Of a DNA stretch of 64,000 nt, positions 52,066 to 64,000 are shown in pieces (position 1 is the first letter of the stretch; the number at the start of each line of letters is the position of its first letter). The notes beneath the pieces are model-generated. The model made no database searches. It saw only the letters and a program-made list of their open reading frames with translations, and was not told the origin of the DNA. Where the stretch lies: the NCBI GenBank assembly GCA_964016885.1, contig OZ024741.1:412424001-412488000 (forward strand), given 5' to 3'. Position numbers and translations under genes: made by a program. This stretch comes from Eledone cirrhosa. Taxonomy: Eukaryota.

Positions 52066-52325
52066 TTATATTACTGTTGTTGTTGTTGTTGACGACATTA
52101 TGGTCTTTTACTCACGTTCAGAAATCCTTACAATCTATCCATTTATGGGGAGTAAATTAAGTTGATTACACAAATATGTTACAATAATTACTCTCTTAAT
52201 TGTGGGCAATGATAGAATTCCACAGACCTAGCTAGTTATTGTCTTTTGTATTGTCCTCTATATGTCGGTCCTTGTGGCCAATAAATGAAATCATTATTAT
52301 CATTATCATTATTATTATTATTATT

Positions 52326-52912
52326 GTTCTTTGAGTCACAGTCATTGATGTTATTTAACTGGAAAGTTTGTTGAAATGAATATCAAGCCGCTACCTGCAG
52401 CCTCAGATATTCAGGACGTATCGGAGGGTTCTTGCTGTTCCCAGTAAGCATGCCTTTTGAAGTGTTCCAAAAAGCGGGGCTGGACTAATCTTCTTTAACC
52501 ATCCTAGGAAACTCTTTGAGATAGTACCTAGTGCACCTATGACAATCGGACGACCTTGACTTCATGGCAGTTCCAAATACTTTTTACCTCCCACTTTAAG
52601 TCCTGGTATCGGTTAATTTTCTCCCTCTCTTTCTCTTGCACTCTCGTGTCGAATGGGCAGGCTACATCTACAATCAGGCACGATCTTTTTTCCTTGTCCA
52701 AAACCATCAGGTCAGGCCTATTGTGTTCTAATTGCTTGTCCGTCTGTATCCTAAAATCACATAGCACCTTCACCTGATCGTTTCTATCACCGACTCTGGC
52801 TTATGCTCATACCACTTCTCAGAATGTGGTAAATTGTTTACTTTGCATAGATGCCAGTGGATCACCCTGCCTATCACATCAGGTCTTCAGCCTTTATAGT
52901 GAGTCTGGGCTA
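52326..52912 (-). mobile_element. R4/Dong-like family B 3' fragment
   Basis: ORF 52537-52773 has HNRPD and VDVACPFD. Flanked by (TAA)n. Confidence 0.88.
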
Positions 52913-52928
52913 GATTATTATTATTATT

Positions 52929-54880
52929 GTTCTTTGAGTCTCAGTCATTGATGTTAGTTAACTGAAAAGTTTGTTGAAATGAATATCAAGCCGCTACCTG
53001 CAGCCTCAGATATTCAGGGGACAGACTATCTCCCTGGAAGATACCTCTCTTGATCTTCACGCCTCCCAAGGATTCTCCAGCTGATGTTAACTCTGTTTCC
53101 CAGGACTTCATACTTTTGCCCAACAACTGTCTGATGTTATCTGCCACCTTGAAGATCTCTAGGCTTTTGGTGATCCAAGAATGAGGCACCATGTCAAATG
53201 CCTTTTTGTAGTCTATCCATCCCATGGCAAGACCAGTGTGTCACCTCTTGCAATTCCTCATTACCATCTTATCAATAAGTAGCTGGTCCTTTGTACCACG
53301 GGACTTCTTTCAGCATCCTTTATGTTCGTCCGGTAACAAGTTGTTTGTGTGGAGGTGATGGTAGATTTCCTCAGACATAATGCTTGTCAACAGTTTCCAC
53401 ATTACGGACAGACATGTGATAGGTCTATAGTTGGTAACATCATTACCCTTGATTCGGTCTTTCATTATCAGAACTGTGGTACCTTTTGTCAACCACTCTG
53501 GTACCTCACCTGACATCAAGCAGTCATTGAACATGGTTGTCAGTTTCGGGTGGAGGGATGTTATATTTTTAATCCAATACCCCTGCACACCATCTGGGCC
53601 TGGTGATTTCCAGTTGGTTAGTTTTTTGGCCTGTCCCTTAAGAGTTTCAACTGTGATACTCAAATCAGTTTGTTGGTGTGCCTGTTCACTAATCTCCTTC
53701 TGTACTGTCTCAATCCACACTGCCTGGTCATTATGTTTAACATCCTGCTCCCATATTCCTCTCCAGAATGTTTTAGTTTGTTCTGCCTCAGGGATCAAGT
53801 CGTTGCCTCTTTCTTTCCCTTCAAGCTGTCCAAACAGCATCTTCTAGTTGTTGTAAAACATGCGGTTCTGTCTATACTGACTGACTCTGCTCTCGTATCG
53901 CCTAATTTTTGCACTCTTTGCTACAATGCGTTGCTTCAGTTCCTCTATGATAATATTTAGCTTTTTACTCCTACCTTTGTACTTTATTTCCAGTCTATTT
54001 TTAGTGTCTATGTTTTTTAGTGTCCCATTCAGTAGGGACTGAAGCTTTCCAATGTCATTTCTCATTTCCCTGATTTGACCACTCAGTCGTTTCTTCCACC
54101 AAGGCTCTGCTCTTTCTTGTCTGTTATTTCCTCTCGCTTTTATACCAAGTAGTTTCCTCACCGTATTTGCTGTTGCTTTGAGGATATTGTTGCACTGGTG
54201 AAGGCTCCTCGCCTCAAGGTATGGGATGACTTTGTTTACCTTAGCTGTTGTTTCTTTTAACTTTTTCCTGTCTACAAATCTTAGGTTCATAGGTCTCCCA
54301 CTATCATTGTTCAATTCATCTACCACTAAGTTTAGGATATCAACCAAATCTAGCCCGTCAGCATTCATCTCCTCAATGGCCGTATCTTTGTTGCAAGTAT
54401 TATTTATTTCAGCATTCAGATCATTGTCTGCTTCGGATGGTTCCTCCGTTCTCTCAACCTCTTCACCTTCATTTCCCACTGGCTCGTTTGACTGGCATAC
54501 TCCACTCTCCATTTCCAAGTTAATCTCTCTGCTCAGTTCCTCCAGTTCCAGCTCGCTTATCCACCCATTAGTTCTTATTGCCCGAGCCTGCCCGGCCAAT
54601 TTTTGTTCATCTAATTTAAATGGACCAATCTCGTTCCAGATGTTATTCATCCGTTTCCTATAGCCTTTCTCCTTGGGGTTACTCTTCAGGTAACATTGCT
54701 TAACAGTTCTATTCAATTCTTTCGTCCAGTTGGTTCTGGTCCCTTTCCTTCTTCTTCTTCCTCCGACACCAGCAGTATTTGGTTGACAGCCAGGTCCCTG
54801 CTGCTGAGCCAGGGAGCACCTGCTGGGTGAGAGTCTGTCACATGACATTCTAGTCTCCACTTCACCGTTATTCGAACTGT
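52929..54880 (-). mobile_element. Family B copy with about 1.5-kb internal deletion
   Basis: RT motif QGDSLSP is fused directly to the 3' UTR at about 53016. ORFs 52986, 53310 and 53844. Confidence 0.88.
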
Positions 54881-54896
54881 TATTATTATTATTATT

Positions 54897-57800
54897 ACAG
54901 TTGCATTTATCTTGCTTTATGTTCATACGAGTTATCACCAAGTCACAACCAGTGACCTCAAGAGACAACAAGGTCCGCCATGTTCAAGAAAGAACATACA
55001 TACTAACACATGCATCTTTAGTGTTTAGACTTGTGATGTACTTATATTGACAGAATCTTCCTTAGTATATGGGCAGTTCCCATATAGTACTATCTTTTGT
55101 ATTTCTCCTATACGCGGGTTTCCTGGGATTTTCGATAAGTAATCATTAGACCCCTTAAGTATCATTCCCAGAGCGCCTACAACCACTGGTATTGTTTTAG
55201 TTCTCAATTTCCACATTTTTCCAATTTTTATCTCCAGGTCCTTATACTTGCTCAATTTTTCAAATATTTTTATAGATACATTCTTGTCTATTGGAACAGA
55301 CATATCAATTAGCAGGCATACCCTCTTTTTGAAGTCCTTCAATATTATATCAGGTCTGTTTGCATCTATTTTTCGGTCTGTTTGGATGCTAAAGTTCCAC
55401 AAGATTGAGATGTGATCTTTTTCTTTTTCAAGTATGGGAGGTGGTTGATGCTCCCACGAATTCTTTTGATGGGGCAGGTCAAAATGCTTACACATTATCC
55501 AATGTATGTATTGTGCAGCTCTGTCATGCCTGTTTAGGTATTGGGTTGGAGCTATAGGACTGCACATTGAAATTATATGGTCAATGGTCTCTGGTTGTTT
55601 TTTGCATACACGGCATTTTTTATTATGTTGGCTTGGTAATTTTTTGTTGGCAGACACTGATCTTGTGCTGATATAATCAGTCCTTCAGTCTCCGATTTCA
55701 GTTCAGAGGATTTCAGTTCAGAGGATGCCAACCACTGATGGGTTAAAGTTTTGTCAACATCAGGATTGTTAGCTCTCTCTGGGTATTTTCCATACAGAGG
55801 CTTTTCTTGCCATTTCTTAGCCAGTTTCTGTAGCAGTTCTTTCTTTGCAGTTACTTTTACCTGCTTTGCTTTTTCTGTGTTTTCCATTTCAGCAGTAAAT
55901 GGGACTTCTGAAATTTGTAGTCCATTACTGTATCTTTGTGCATCTTTTGTAATGGAGTATGATCTTTTGATGCTTTCGTGTTTCAAAACGAGTTTGATCA
56001 TCCAATCATGTGATTCCCTTAGATATGTAGATAATCCAATTGTTGCAGTTTTCAACGCATTGTCTAACTGGATTAACCCACGTCCTCCTTCTTTGCTAGG
56101 GAGATATATTCTATCTGTATCTGCCTTAGGGTGATGCATTCTGTGCATGGTTAAGAATTTTCGAATTTTTGTATCGAACATATGGATCTCTGTGCTTGAC
56201 CAGTTGATGACATTGTAACTGTAGGTTACTACTCGTATGGCAAGCGTGTTTATGGCATCGATCCTATTCCTTGCATTCAATTCCGTTCTTAAGATTGCTC
56301 TTACTCTGCGGTAACATTCCTTCCTTATCCTTTCCCTCATTGTCGAGTGCTTGATTCGTCTCCTTCACAAACACCTAGATATTTGTAAGTTTCCTCTTGA
56401 TCAAGTTCTCTTATCACATTCCCCCGATCAAGATTAATGTCTGAACTTTTCAGCAGCTTTCCCCTGGAGAACGTTGCTTTGGCGCATTTATCTAGTCCAA
56501 ACTCTATTTTAATGTCATTACTGAACTGCTACACAGTGGATAATAGCCCTTGCAATTGTTCATCATTTTTTGTAAATAGTTTCAGGTCATCCATGTAGAA
56601 CAAGTGATTAATGGTTTTGTCATAGACTTTATATCCATGTTTTGTTTCATTGAGCATTTTACTTAATGGTATAAGTGCGATGCAGAATAAAAGCGGTGAT
56701 AAAGAGTCACCCTGAAAAATTCCACAATTAATATTAACTTCTCCAGCTTCCGGTGATTTTGTTTCACTATTCAAAAGGAGTGTCGTTTTCTATGTCTTCA
56801 TACTGAATGACAAAAACCTCCTGACAACGGGAGATATTTTGAAAATCTCTAAACATTTTTCAATCCAACTGTGTGGCAAACTATCGAATGCTTTTTATAA
56901 TCTATCCAAGCAATTGATAGATTTTTGTGTCTATTATGACAATCTTCCAGTATCATTTTGTTAACCAAAAGCTGATCCTTACAGCCATATGAGCCTCGTT
57001 TACACCCTTTCTGCTCAATGGGAAATAGGTCATTTGTTATCAGGTGGTCATATGTATATCCAGTTAGGACTGATGTTAAAATTTTATACATTGTGGTCAA
57101 GCAAGTTATCGGTCTGTAATTTTTGGGATTGTTTGTCTCATCATTCTTCGGAAGCAGGAATGTAATGCCGTTAACTAGCCATGAAGGTATCTTTTCTGGC
57201 TCCTTAACTATTTAATTGTAAAGTTGGGCTAACAGCTCATGAGACTCTGTGAAGGCATTTATCCAAAAGTTTTGTATTTTGTCTTTTCCTGGGGATTTCC
57301 ATTTGCTGGTTTTTCTTAGAGCCAAGCGCAACTGTTCAACTGTTATATTTTCCCATATTTGTTCCTCAAGGTGAGCTGTATCTTTCATTTGTCTGTCTAT
57401 CCATGGGGCATGTATGTTATGAACTTTTTCTTCGGCCCAGATCTTTTCCCAGAATTCTTGCACTTCCTCCTTGGGTGGTATTGATTTAGCAGTTATTGTT
57501 GACTTACCAATTTTTCTGTAGAAGTTTCTTTGGTTGTTTTTGAACATATTATTGTCCTTATAGAATCTAGATCGTTTTTCAAAGCGCCTTATACGAGCAG
57601 CTTTGGCCGCCACTTTTTGCTTGATTATTTCTATCAGCATGTCTATGTCACTTGTTCATTTTATACTGTACTTTCTTTTCAATTTTCTAAGTTTAGTTTG
57701 TTTAACATGTTCACCTACTTTATAGTTTGTTAAAATTTCTATGTCAGATCGGAGAAGGTTTATTTGGCGATTGATGTTCTCTTGCCAAGTAGATTTCTTG

Positions 57801-58860
57801 TGGGAATTCCTTTGTTTTTTCATCTTCACTCCACATGAGTGAGTGGTGACTTTAGCCGATGCATAATAGAGATGATATAAATCAGTAATGTTTAGTTTGT
57901 TTGTGATGATAATGTTTTTGAGAATTATGTTAGTCTTGTGTATTATCTTTTGGTTCTGTTTGGAGTTCTGGATCTTAGGGAGGGTGTCTCGTTGCCCCAT
58001 GTCAGATTCTTTCATTTTCATCCATTCGATCATAATTTCATCCTTCAAGTTGGCAAGTTCATTCTCATTCATTTCTTTATCATTTACGATCTCATTATTT
58101 TCATTTGGAGTTTCATCTTGAGCATGCACTCCCTCCACTTTTTCGATCCTTTCTTTAATTTGTTCTGTTGCCAGTGATTCCGCCCCAACCCTGGGATTCG
58201 AAGTGTTACAATTTACCTCGTTTTCACTGACACATGTTTCATTTTCCCTTCGCTGACTTTGTGCTAATAGCTTGATCTGATCAATTTCTATATCAGTTAG
58301 TAACTTTTTTTAACAATATTTCTTCGTATATTGGCTAGTTTGTTACTGTCAATATAGCCTCCGTTTTCGGGATGTTTCTTTTTCCAGTTGATATATGTCT
58401 GTTCTGTATTCGATGTATTTGATGGGTAGTACATGGCAGTGTAGAAAGCCTCAAGGACTTCTTTATTATCTTCCCTTGATCATTTTTCTTTCTTTTTCTT
58501 TGGATTTCTTGGTGGTGAGCATGGAGGGCCAACTGTAGGAGTATTCCGGTTATGGGAGGTCTCCAGCTCCGAAGTGATGGGAAGGTTTGAACCATTAGCT
58601 GAGTTTTCGACCCCAGTCTGGTTCCTCTCTGAGGGACGCGGCCCTTTTTTACCCGGGTGACGGCCGATCCGGTATGAGATTTTATCATTAGACATTTACT
58701 TTATTTTGTCGCGTTTTATCCTTATCCGCCAAGGGGTAATCATTTCGTGTTACCACTTCTAGAACGAGTGTCAACAAAGACTAGAGGGGTCGTTCTCCCC
58801 TAGAGACACGGCTATTCCCCGCCGGCCGCCATCCCGGTATTTCGTGGTCACGGTGTTTTA
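54897..58860 (-). mobile_element. Near full-length, frameshifted R4/Dong-like family C, flanked by (TAA)n
   Basis: ORF fragments from about 58695 to 55025: [41 protein letters not shown] and NRPDI. Confidence 0.9.
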
Positions 58861-58871
58861 CTATTATTATT

Positions 58872-58960
58872 ATTGTCCTGTACTGTCCTTAATGTCTACT
58901 TTATGTAAACCCTTGTGGTTAATAAAGAAAACATTATTATTATTATTATTATTGTTATTG
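58872..58960 (+). mobile_element. Extreme 3' end of the Tx1-like LINE
   Basis: Nearly identical to 10608-10672. A similar stub lies at about 52238-52300. Confidence 0.8.
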
Positions 58961-58963
58961 TTA

Positions 58964-61076
58964 TTCCTTGAATCTCAGTCATTGATGTTGGTTAACTGGA
59001 AAGTGCGTTGGATTGAATATCAAGCCACTACCTGCAGCCTCAGATATTCAGGACGTATCGGAGGGTTCTTGCTGTTCCAAGCAAGCATGCCTTTTGAAGC
59101 GTTCCAAAAAGCGTGAAGGGGCCGATTTTCTTTAACCATCCCTGGAAACCTTTGGAGATAGTCCCCAGTGCGCCTATGACAATCGGGATCACTTTGACTT
59201 CATGGCAGTTCCAAATCCTTTTCACCTCCCACTTTAGGTCCTGGTATCGGTTAATTTTCTCCCTCTCCTTCTCTTGCACTCTCGTGTCGAACGGGCAGGC
59301 CACATCCACAATCAGGCACGATCTTTTTTCTTTGTCCATAACCACCAGGTCAGGTCTATTGTGTTCCAGTTTTTTGTCCGTCTGTATCCTAAAATCCCAC
59401 AGCACCTTCACCTGACTGTTCTCCATCACCGCCTCTGGCCTATGCTCATACCATTTCTCAGAATGTGGTAGATTGTTTACTTTGCACAGGTGCCAGTGGA
59501 TCACCCTGCCCATCACATCGTGTCTCCAGCCCTTATAGTGGGTCTGGGCTAGGTGTTTACACTCGGACACAATGTGAGCCACAGTCTCCTCTCTCTCTCC
59601 ACAGATCCTGCACAGTGGGCTAGCCTCCTCCTTGTAGATATGGTGCTTCAACCACTTCGTTTTGAGGGCCTGCTCCTGCGCAGCCATTAGCATTCCTTCT
59701 GTAACCTTTTTGAGGTCTCCTCTTCTCAACCAGTTCCATGTCTGTGGATCTCTAAATTCAGTTTTCTCAAAGAAGGTACTATGAAGGGATTTTCCCTTAA
59801 GGCTGCTCTTCCTCCTTGATGTTATTTCCTCCTTGGACATCCCCTGGCCTACTGTCCCCTCCTTCAGTACAGTTCTGAGCATTGGCTCCTTACTATAGGT
59901 CACGTATTTGTATAGGTTGTTTTTCTCCATCTGAACACAGTCCTCTATGCTGATAAGACCTCTTCCACCCTCAGATCTCCTTAGGTAGAGTCTATCGACA
60001 TCACTCCTCTTGTGGAACATGTTGTAGATAGTCAATAGCTTCCTAGTCTTCCTATCCATTTCTTTTTGTTCAGCAACATTCCATCTCAGAATTCCCGCAC
60101 TGTACCTAATAATAGACACAGCTCGGGAATTTACTGCGCTTATGGCATTCCTACTGTTCAGATGTGACTTCAATACGCTCCTTACTCTCCGAATGTATTC
60201 AGTTCTTAACAATTCCTTCATTTTTTTGTTCTTTATGCCATCAGCCTCCAGAACGCCCAAATACTTGTATCCTTCCTCAGAGTCAGTTTCCTTTATCATC
60301 TCACCTGTTGGTATCTGGATCCCGTTACTTCTGCTCAACCTACCCCTCTTCATCACAATGACTCCACATTTACCAATACCAAACTGCATACATATATCAC
60401 TGCTGAAAATACGGACAGTGTCAACAAGCACATCCAACTCCTTCTCACTTTTCCCGAAGAGCTTAAGATCGTCCATGAAGAGGAGGTGATTGATGGTAAG
60501 CTCTCCCCTTCCCAACTTGTATCCTGCTCTCACTTTTCGCAGCATAATGGTCAAGGGCATCAGGGCAAGGACAAACAACAGAGGGGACAGGCTATCTCCC
60601 TGGAAGATACCTCTCTTGATCTTCACGCTTCCCAAGGATACTCCAGTTGATGTCAACTCTGTCTCCCAGGACCCCATACTCCTGCCCAGCAACTGTCTGA
60701 TGTTATCTGCCACCCTGAAGACCTCCAGGCTTTTGGTGATCCAGGAATGAGGCACCATGTCAAATGCCTTTCTGTAGTCTATCCATCCCATGGCAAGATC
60801 AGTGTGTCTCCTCCTGCAATTCCCCATTACCATCTTATCAATAAGCAACTGGTCCTTTGTACCACGTGACTTCTTTCGGCATCCTTTCTGTTCGTCCGGT
60901 AACAAGTTGTTTGTGTGGAGGTGATGGTAGATTTCCTCAGACACAATGCTCGTCAACAGTTTCCACATTACGGGCAGACATGTGATAGGTCTATAGTTGG
61001 TAACATCATTACCCTTGATTCGGTCTTTCATTATCAGAACTGTGGTACCTTTTGTCAACCACTCTGGCACCTCACC

Positions 61077-61077
<1 letters not shown>
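58964..61077 (-). mobile_element. Young 5'-truncated family B copy (intact RT-RLE reading frame)
   Basis: Open frame 59040-61077, nearly identical to 61209-63246. (TAA)n on both sides. Confidence 0.95.
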
Positions 61078-61122
<45 letters not shown>

Positions 61123-61208
61123 GTTATTGTTATTCCTTGAATCTCAGTCATTGATGTTGGTTAACTGGAAAGTCCGTTGGATTGAATATCAAGCCACTAC
61201 CTGCAGCC

Positions 61209-64000
61209 TCAGATATTCAGGACGTATCGGAGGGTTCTTGCCGTTCCAAGCAAGCATGCCTTTTGAAGCGTTCCAAAAAGCGTGAAGGGGCCGATTTTCT
61301 TTAACCATCCCTGGAAACCTTTGGAGATAGTCCCCAGTGCGCCTATGACAATCGGGATCACTTTGACTTCATGGCAGTTCCAAATCCTTTTCACCTCCCA
61401 CTTTAGGTCCTGGTATCGGTTAATTTTCTCCCTCTCCTTCTCTTGCACTCTCGTGTCGAACGGGCAGGCCACATCCACAATCAGGCACGATCTTTTTTCT
61501 TTGTCCACAACCACCAGGTCAGGTCTATTGTGTTCCAGTTTTTTGTCCGTCTGTATCCTAAAATCCCACAGCACCTTCACCTGACTGTTCTCCATCACCG
61601 CCTCTGGCCTATGCTCATACCATTTCTCAGAATGTGGTAGATTGTTTACTTTGCACAGGTGCCAGTGGATCACCCTGCCCATCACATCGTGTCTCCAGCC
61701 CTTATAGTGGGTCTGGGCTAGGTGTTTACACTCGGACACAATGTGAGCCACAGTCTCCTCTCTCTCTCCACAGATCCTGCACAGTGGGCTAGCCTCCTCC
61801 TTGTAGATATGGTGCTTCAACCACTTCGTTTTGAGGGCCTGCTCCTGCGCAGCCATTAGCATTCCTTCTGTAGCCTTTTTGAGGTCTCCTCTTCTCAACC
61901 AGTTCCATGTCTGTGGATCTCTAAATTCAGTTTTCTCAAAGAAGGTACTATGAAGGGATTTTCCCTTAAGGCTGCTCTTCCTCCTTGATGTTATTTCCTC
62001 CTTGGGTATCCCCTGGCCTACTGTCCCCTCCTTCAGTACAGCTCTGAGCATTGGCTCCTTACTATAGGTCACGTATTTGTATAGGTTGTTTTTCTCCATC
62101 TGAACACAGTCCTCTATGCTGATAAGACCTCTTCCACCCTCAGATCTCCTTAGGTAGAGTCTATCGACATCACTCCTCTTGTGGAACATGGTGTAGATAG
62201 TCAATAGCTTCCTAGTCTTCCTATCCATTTCTTTTTGTTCAGCAACATTCCATCTCAGAATTCCCGCACTGTACCTAATAATAGACACAGCTCGGGAATT
62301 TACTGCGCTTATGGCATTTCTGCTGTTCAGATGTGACTTCAATACGCTCCTTACTCTCCGAATGTATTCAGTTCTTAACAATTCCTTCATTTTTTTGTTC
62401 TTTATGCCATCAGCCTCCAGAACGCCCAAATACTTGTATCCTTCCTCAGAGTCAATTTCCTTTATCATCTCACCTGTTGGTATCTGGATCCCGTTACTTC
62501 TGCTCAACCTACCCCTCCTCATCACAATGACTCCACATTTACCAATACCAAACTGCATACATATATCACTGCTGAAAATACGGACAGTGTCAACAAGCAC
62601 ATCCAACTCCTTCTCACTTTTCCCGAAGAGCTTAAGATCGTCCATGAAGAGGAGGTGATTGATGGTAAGCTCTCCCCTTCCCAACTTGTATCCTGCTCTC
62701 ACTTTTCGCAGCATAATGGTCAAGGGCATCAGGGCAAGGACAAACAACAGAGGGGACAGGCTATCTCCCTGGAAGATACCTCTCTTGATCTTCACGCTTC
62801 CCAAGGATACTCCAGTTGATGTCAACTCTGTCTCCCAGGACCCCATACTCCTGCCCAGCAACTGTCTGATGTTATCTGCCACCCTGAAGATCTCCAGGCT
62901 TTTGGTGATCCAGGAATGAGGCACCATGTCAAATGCCTTTCTGTAGTCTATCCATCCCATGGCAAGATCAGTGTGTCTCCTCCTGCAATTCCCCATTACC
63001 ATCTTATCAATAAGCAACTGGTCCTTTGTACCACGTGACTTCTTTCGGCATCCTTTCTGTTCGTCCGGCAACAAGTTGTTTGTGTGGAGGTGATGGTAGA
63101 TTTCCTCAGACACAATGCTCGTCAACAGTTTCCACATTACGGGCAGACATGTGATAGGTCTATAGTTGGTAACATCATTACCCTTGATTCGGTCTTTCAT
63201 TATCAGAACTGTGGTACCTTTTGTCAACCACTCTGGCACCTCACCCGACACCAAGCAGTCATTGAACATGGCCGTCAGCTTCGGGTGGAGGGATGTTAAA
63301 TGTTTAATCCAATACCCCTGCACACCATCTGGGCCTGGTGATTTCCAGTTGGTTAGTTTTTTGGCTTGCCCCTTAAGAGTTTCAACTGTGATACTCAAAT
63401 CAGTCTGTTGCTGTGCCTGCTCACCGATCTCCCTCTGTACTGTCTCAATCCACCCTGCCTGGGCATTGTGTCTAACATCCTGCTCCCATATTCCTCTCCA
63501 GAATGTTTTAGCTTGTTCCGCCCCAGGGATCAAGTCGGTGCCTCTTTCTTTCCCCTCAAGCTGTCCAAACAGCATCTTCTGGTTGTTGTCGAACATGCGG
63601 TTCTGTTTATACTGACTGACTCTGTTCTCGTATCGCCTGATTTTGGCACTCTTTGCTACAATGCGTTGCTTCAATTCCTCTATGATAATATTTAGCTTTT
63701 TACTCCTAGTTTTGTATTTTATTTCCAGTCTATTTTTAGTGCCTATGTTTTTTAGTGTCCCATTCAGTAGTGACTCAAGCTTTCCTATGTCATTTCTCAT
63801 TTCCCCGATTTGCCCACTCAGTCGCTTCTTCCACCACGGCTCTGCTCTTTCTTGTCTGTTGTTTCCTCTCGCTTTTATACCAAGTAGTTTCCTCACCGTA
63901 TTTGCTGTTGCTTTGAGGATATTGTTGCACTGGTGAAGACTCCTCGCCTCAAGGTATGGGATGACTTTGTTTACCTTAGCTGTTGTTTCTTTTAACTTTT
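61209..64000 (-). CDS. R4/Dong-like retrotransposon ORF (RT + CCHC + restriction-like endonuclease), open to the window edge
   Basis: 895-aa track ORF, with the frame staying open to 64000. YRPITCL, DYRKAFD, QGDSLSP, FMDD, YKYLG, CRICG..HIVSEC, RHD, RPD and D-x-ACPFD. Confidence 0.95.
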   Translation of the reverse strand, partial: KLKETTAKVNKVIPYLEARSLHQCNNILKATANTVRKLLGIKARGNNRQERAEPWWKKRLSGQIGEMRNDIGKLESLLNGTLKNIGTKNRLEIKYKTRSKKLNIIIEELKQRIVAKSAKIRRYENRVSQYKQNRMFDNNQKMLFGQLEGKERGTDLIPGAEQAKTFWRGIWEQDVRHNAQAGWIETVQREIGEQAQQQTDLSITVETLKGQAKKLTNWKSPGPDGVQGYWIKHLTSLHPKLTAMFNDCLVSGEVPEWLTKGTTVLIMKDRIKGNDVTNYRPITCLPVMWKLLTSIVSEEIYHHLHTNNLLPDEQKGCRKKSRGTKDQLLIDKMVMGNCRRRHTDLAMGWIDYRKAFDMVPHSWITKSLEIFRVADNIRQLLGRSMGSWETELTSTGVSLGSVKIKRGIFQGDSLSPLLFVLALMPLTIMLRKVRAGYKLGRGELTINHLLFMDDLKLFGKSEKELDVLVDTVRIFSSDICMQFGIGKCGVIVMRRGRLSRSNGIQIPTGEMIKEIDSEEGYKYLGVLEADGIKNKKMKELLRTEYIRRVRSVLKSHLNSRNAISAVNSRAVSIIRYSAGILRWNVAEQKEMDRKTRKLLTIYTMFHKRSDVDRLYLRRSEGGRGLISIEDCVQMEKNNLYKYVTYSKEPMLRAVLKEGTVGQGIPKEEITSRRKSSLKGKSLHSTFFEKTEFRDPQTWNWLRRGDLKKATEGMLMAAQEQALKTKWLKHHIYKEEASPLCRICGEREETVAHIVSECKHLAQTHYKGWRHDVMGRVIHWHLCKVNNLPHSEKWYEHRPEAVMENSQVKVLWDFRIQTDKKLEHNRPDLVVVDKEKRSCLIVDVACPFDTRVQEKEREKINRYQDLKWEVKRIWNCHEVKVIPIVIGALGTISKGFQGWLKKIGPFTLFGTLQKACLLGTARTLRYVLNI

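Noticed and set aside
59113-63936. Plus-strand ORFs overlapping the Dong-like elements
   Set aside because: Antisense shadows of the RT ORF, repeated only because the element is repeated.

Overview
Eukaryotic, AT-rich, repeat-saturated DNA. The repeat spectrum (tRNA-like SINEs, dense microsatellites, RTE, R4/Dong, Tx1, CR1, CRE and Penelope-like elements) suggests a mollusc, probably a cephalopod; this is inferred, not proven. The only host-gene sequence I can support is one minus-strand exon (50551-49985) encoding a Shaw/Kv3-like potassium-channel T1 domain. No downstream exon is visible, so bases 1-49984 may all be one intron. Non-LTR retrotransposons are stacked in (TACA)n and (TAA)n microsatellites at both ends of the window. 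Between about 12.6 and 31.6 kb, a (TA)n-rich zone is filled with short palindromic Penelope-like remnants. By eye these contain about ten distinct minimal type I hammerhead ribozyme sequences, several with non-consensus cores. The zone includes a 469-bp tandem repeat with one hammerhead and one octamer motif per full unit, a candidate retrozyme/circRNA source. Most short ORFs in the supplied track are microsatellite or antisense artefacts.
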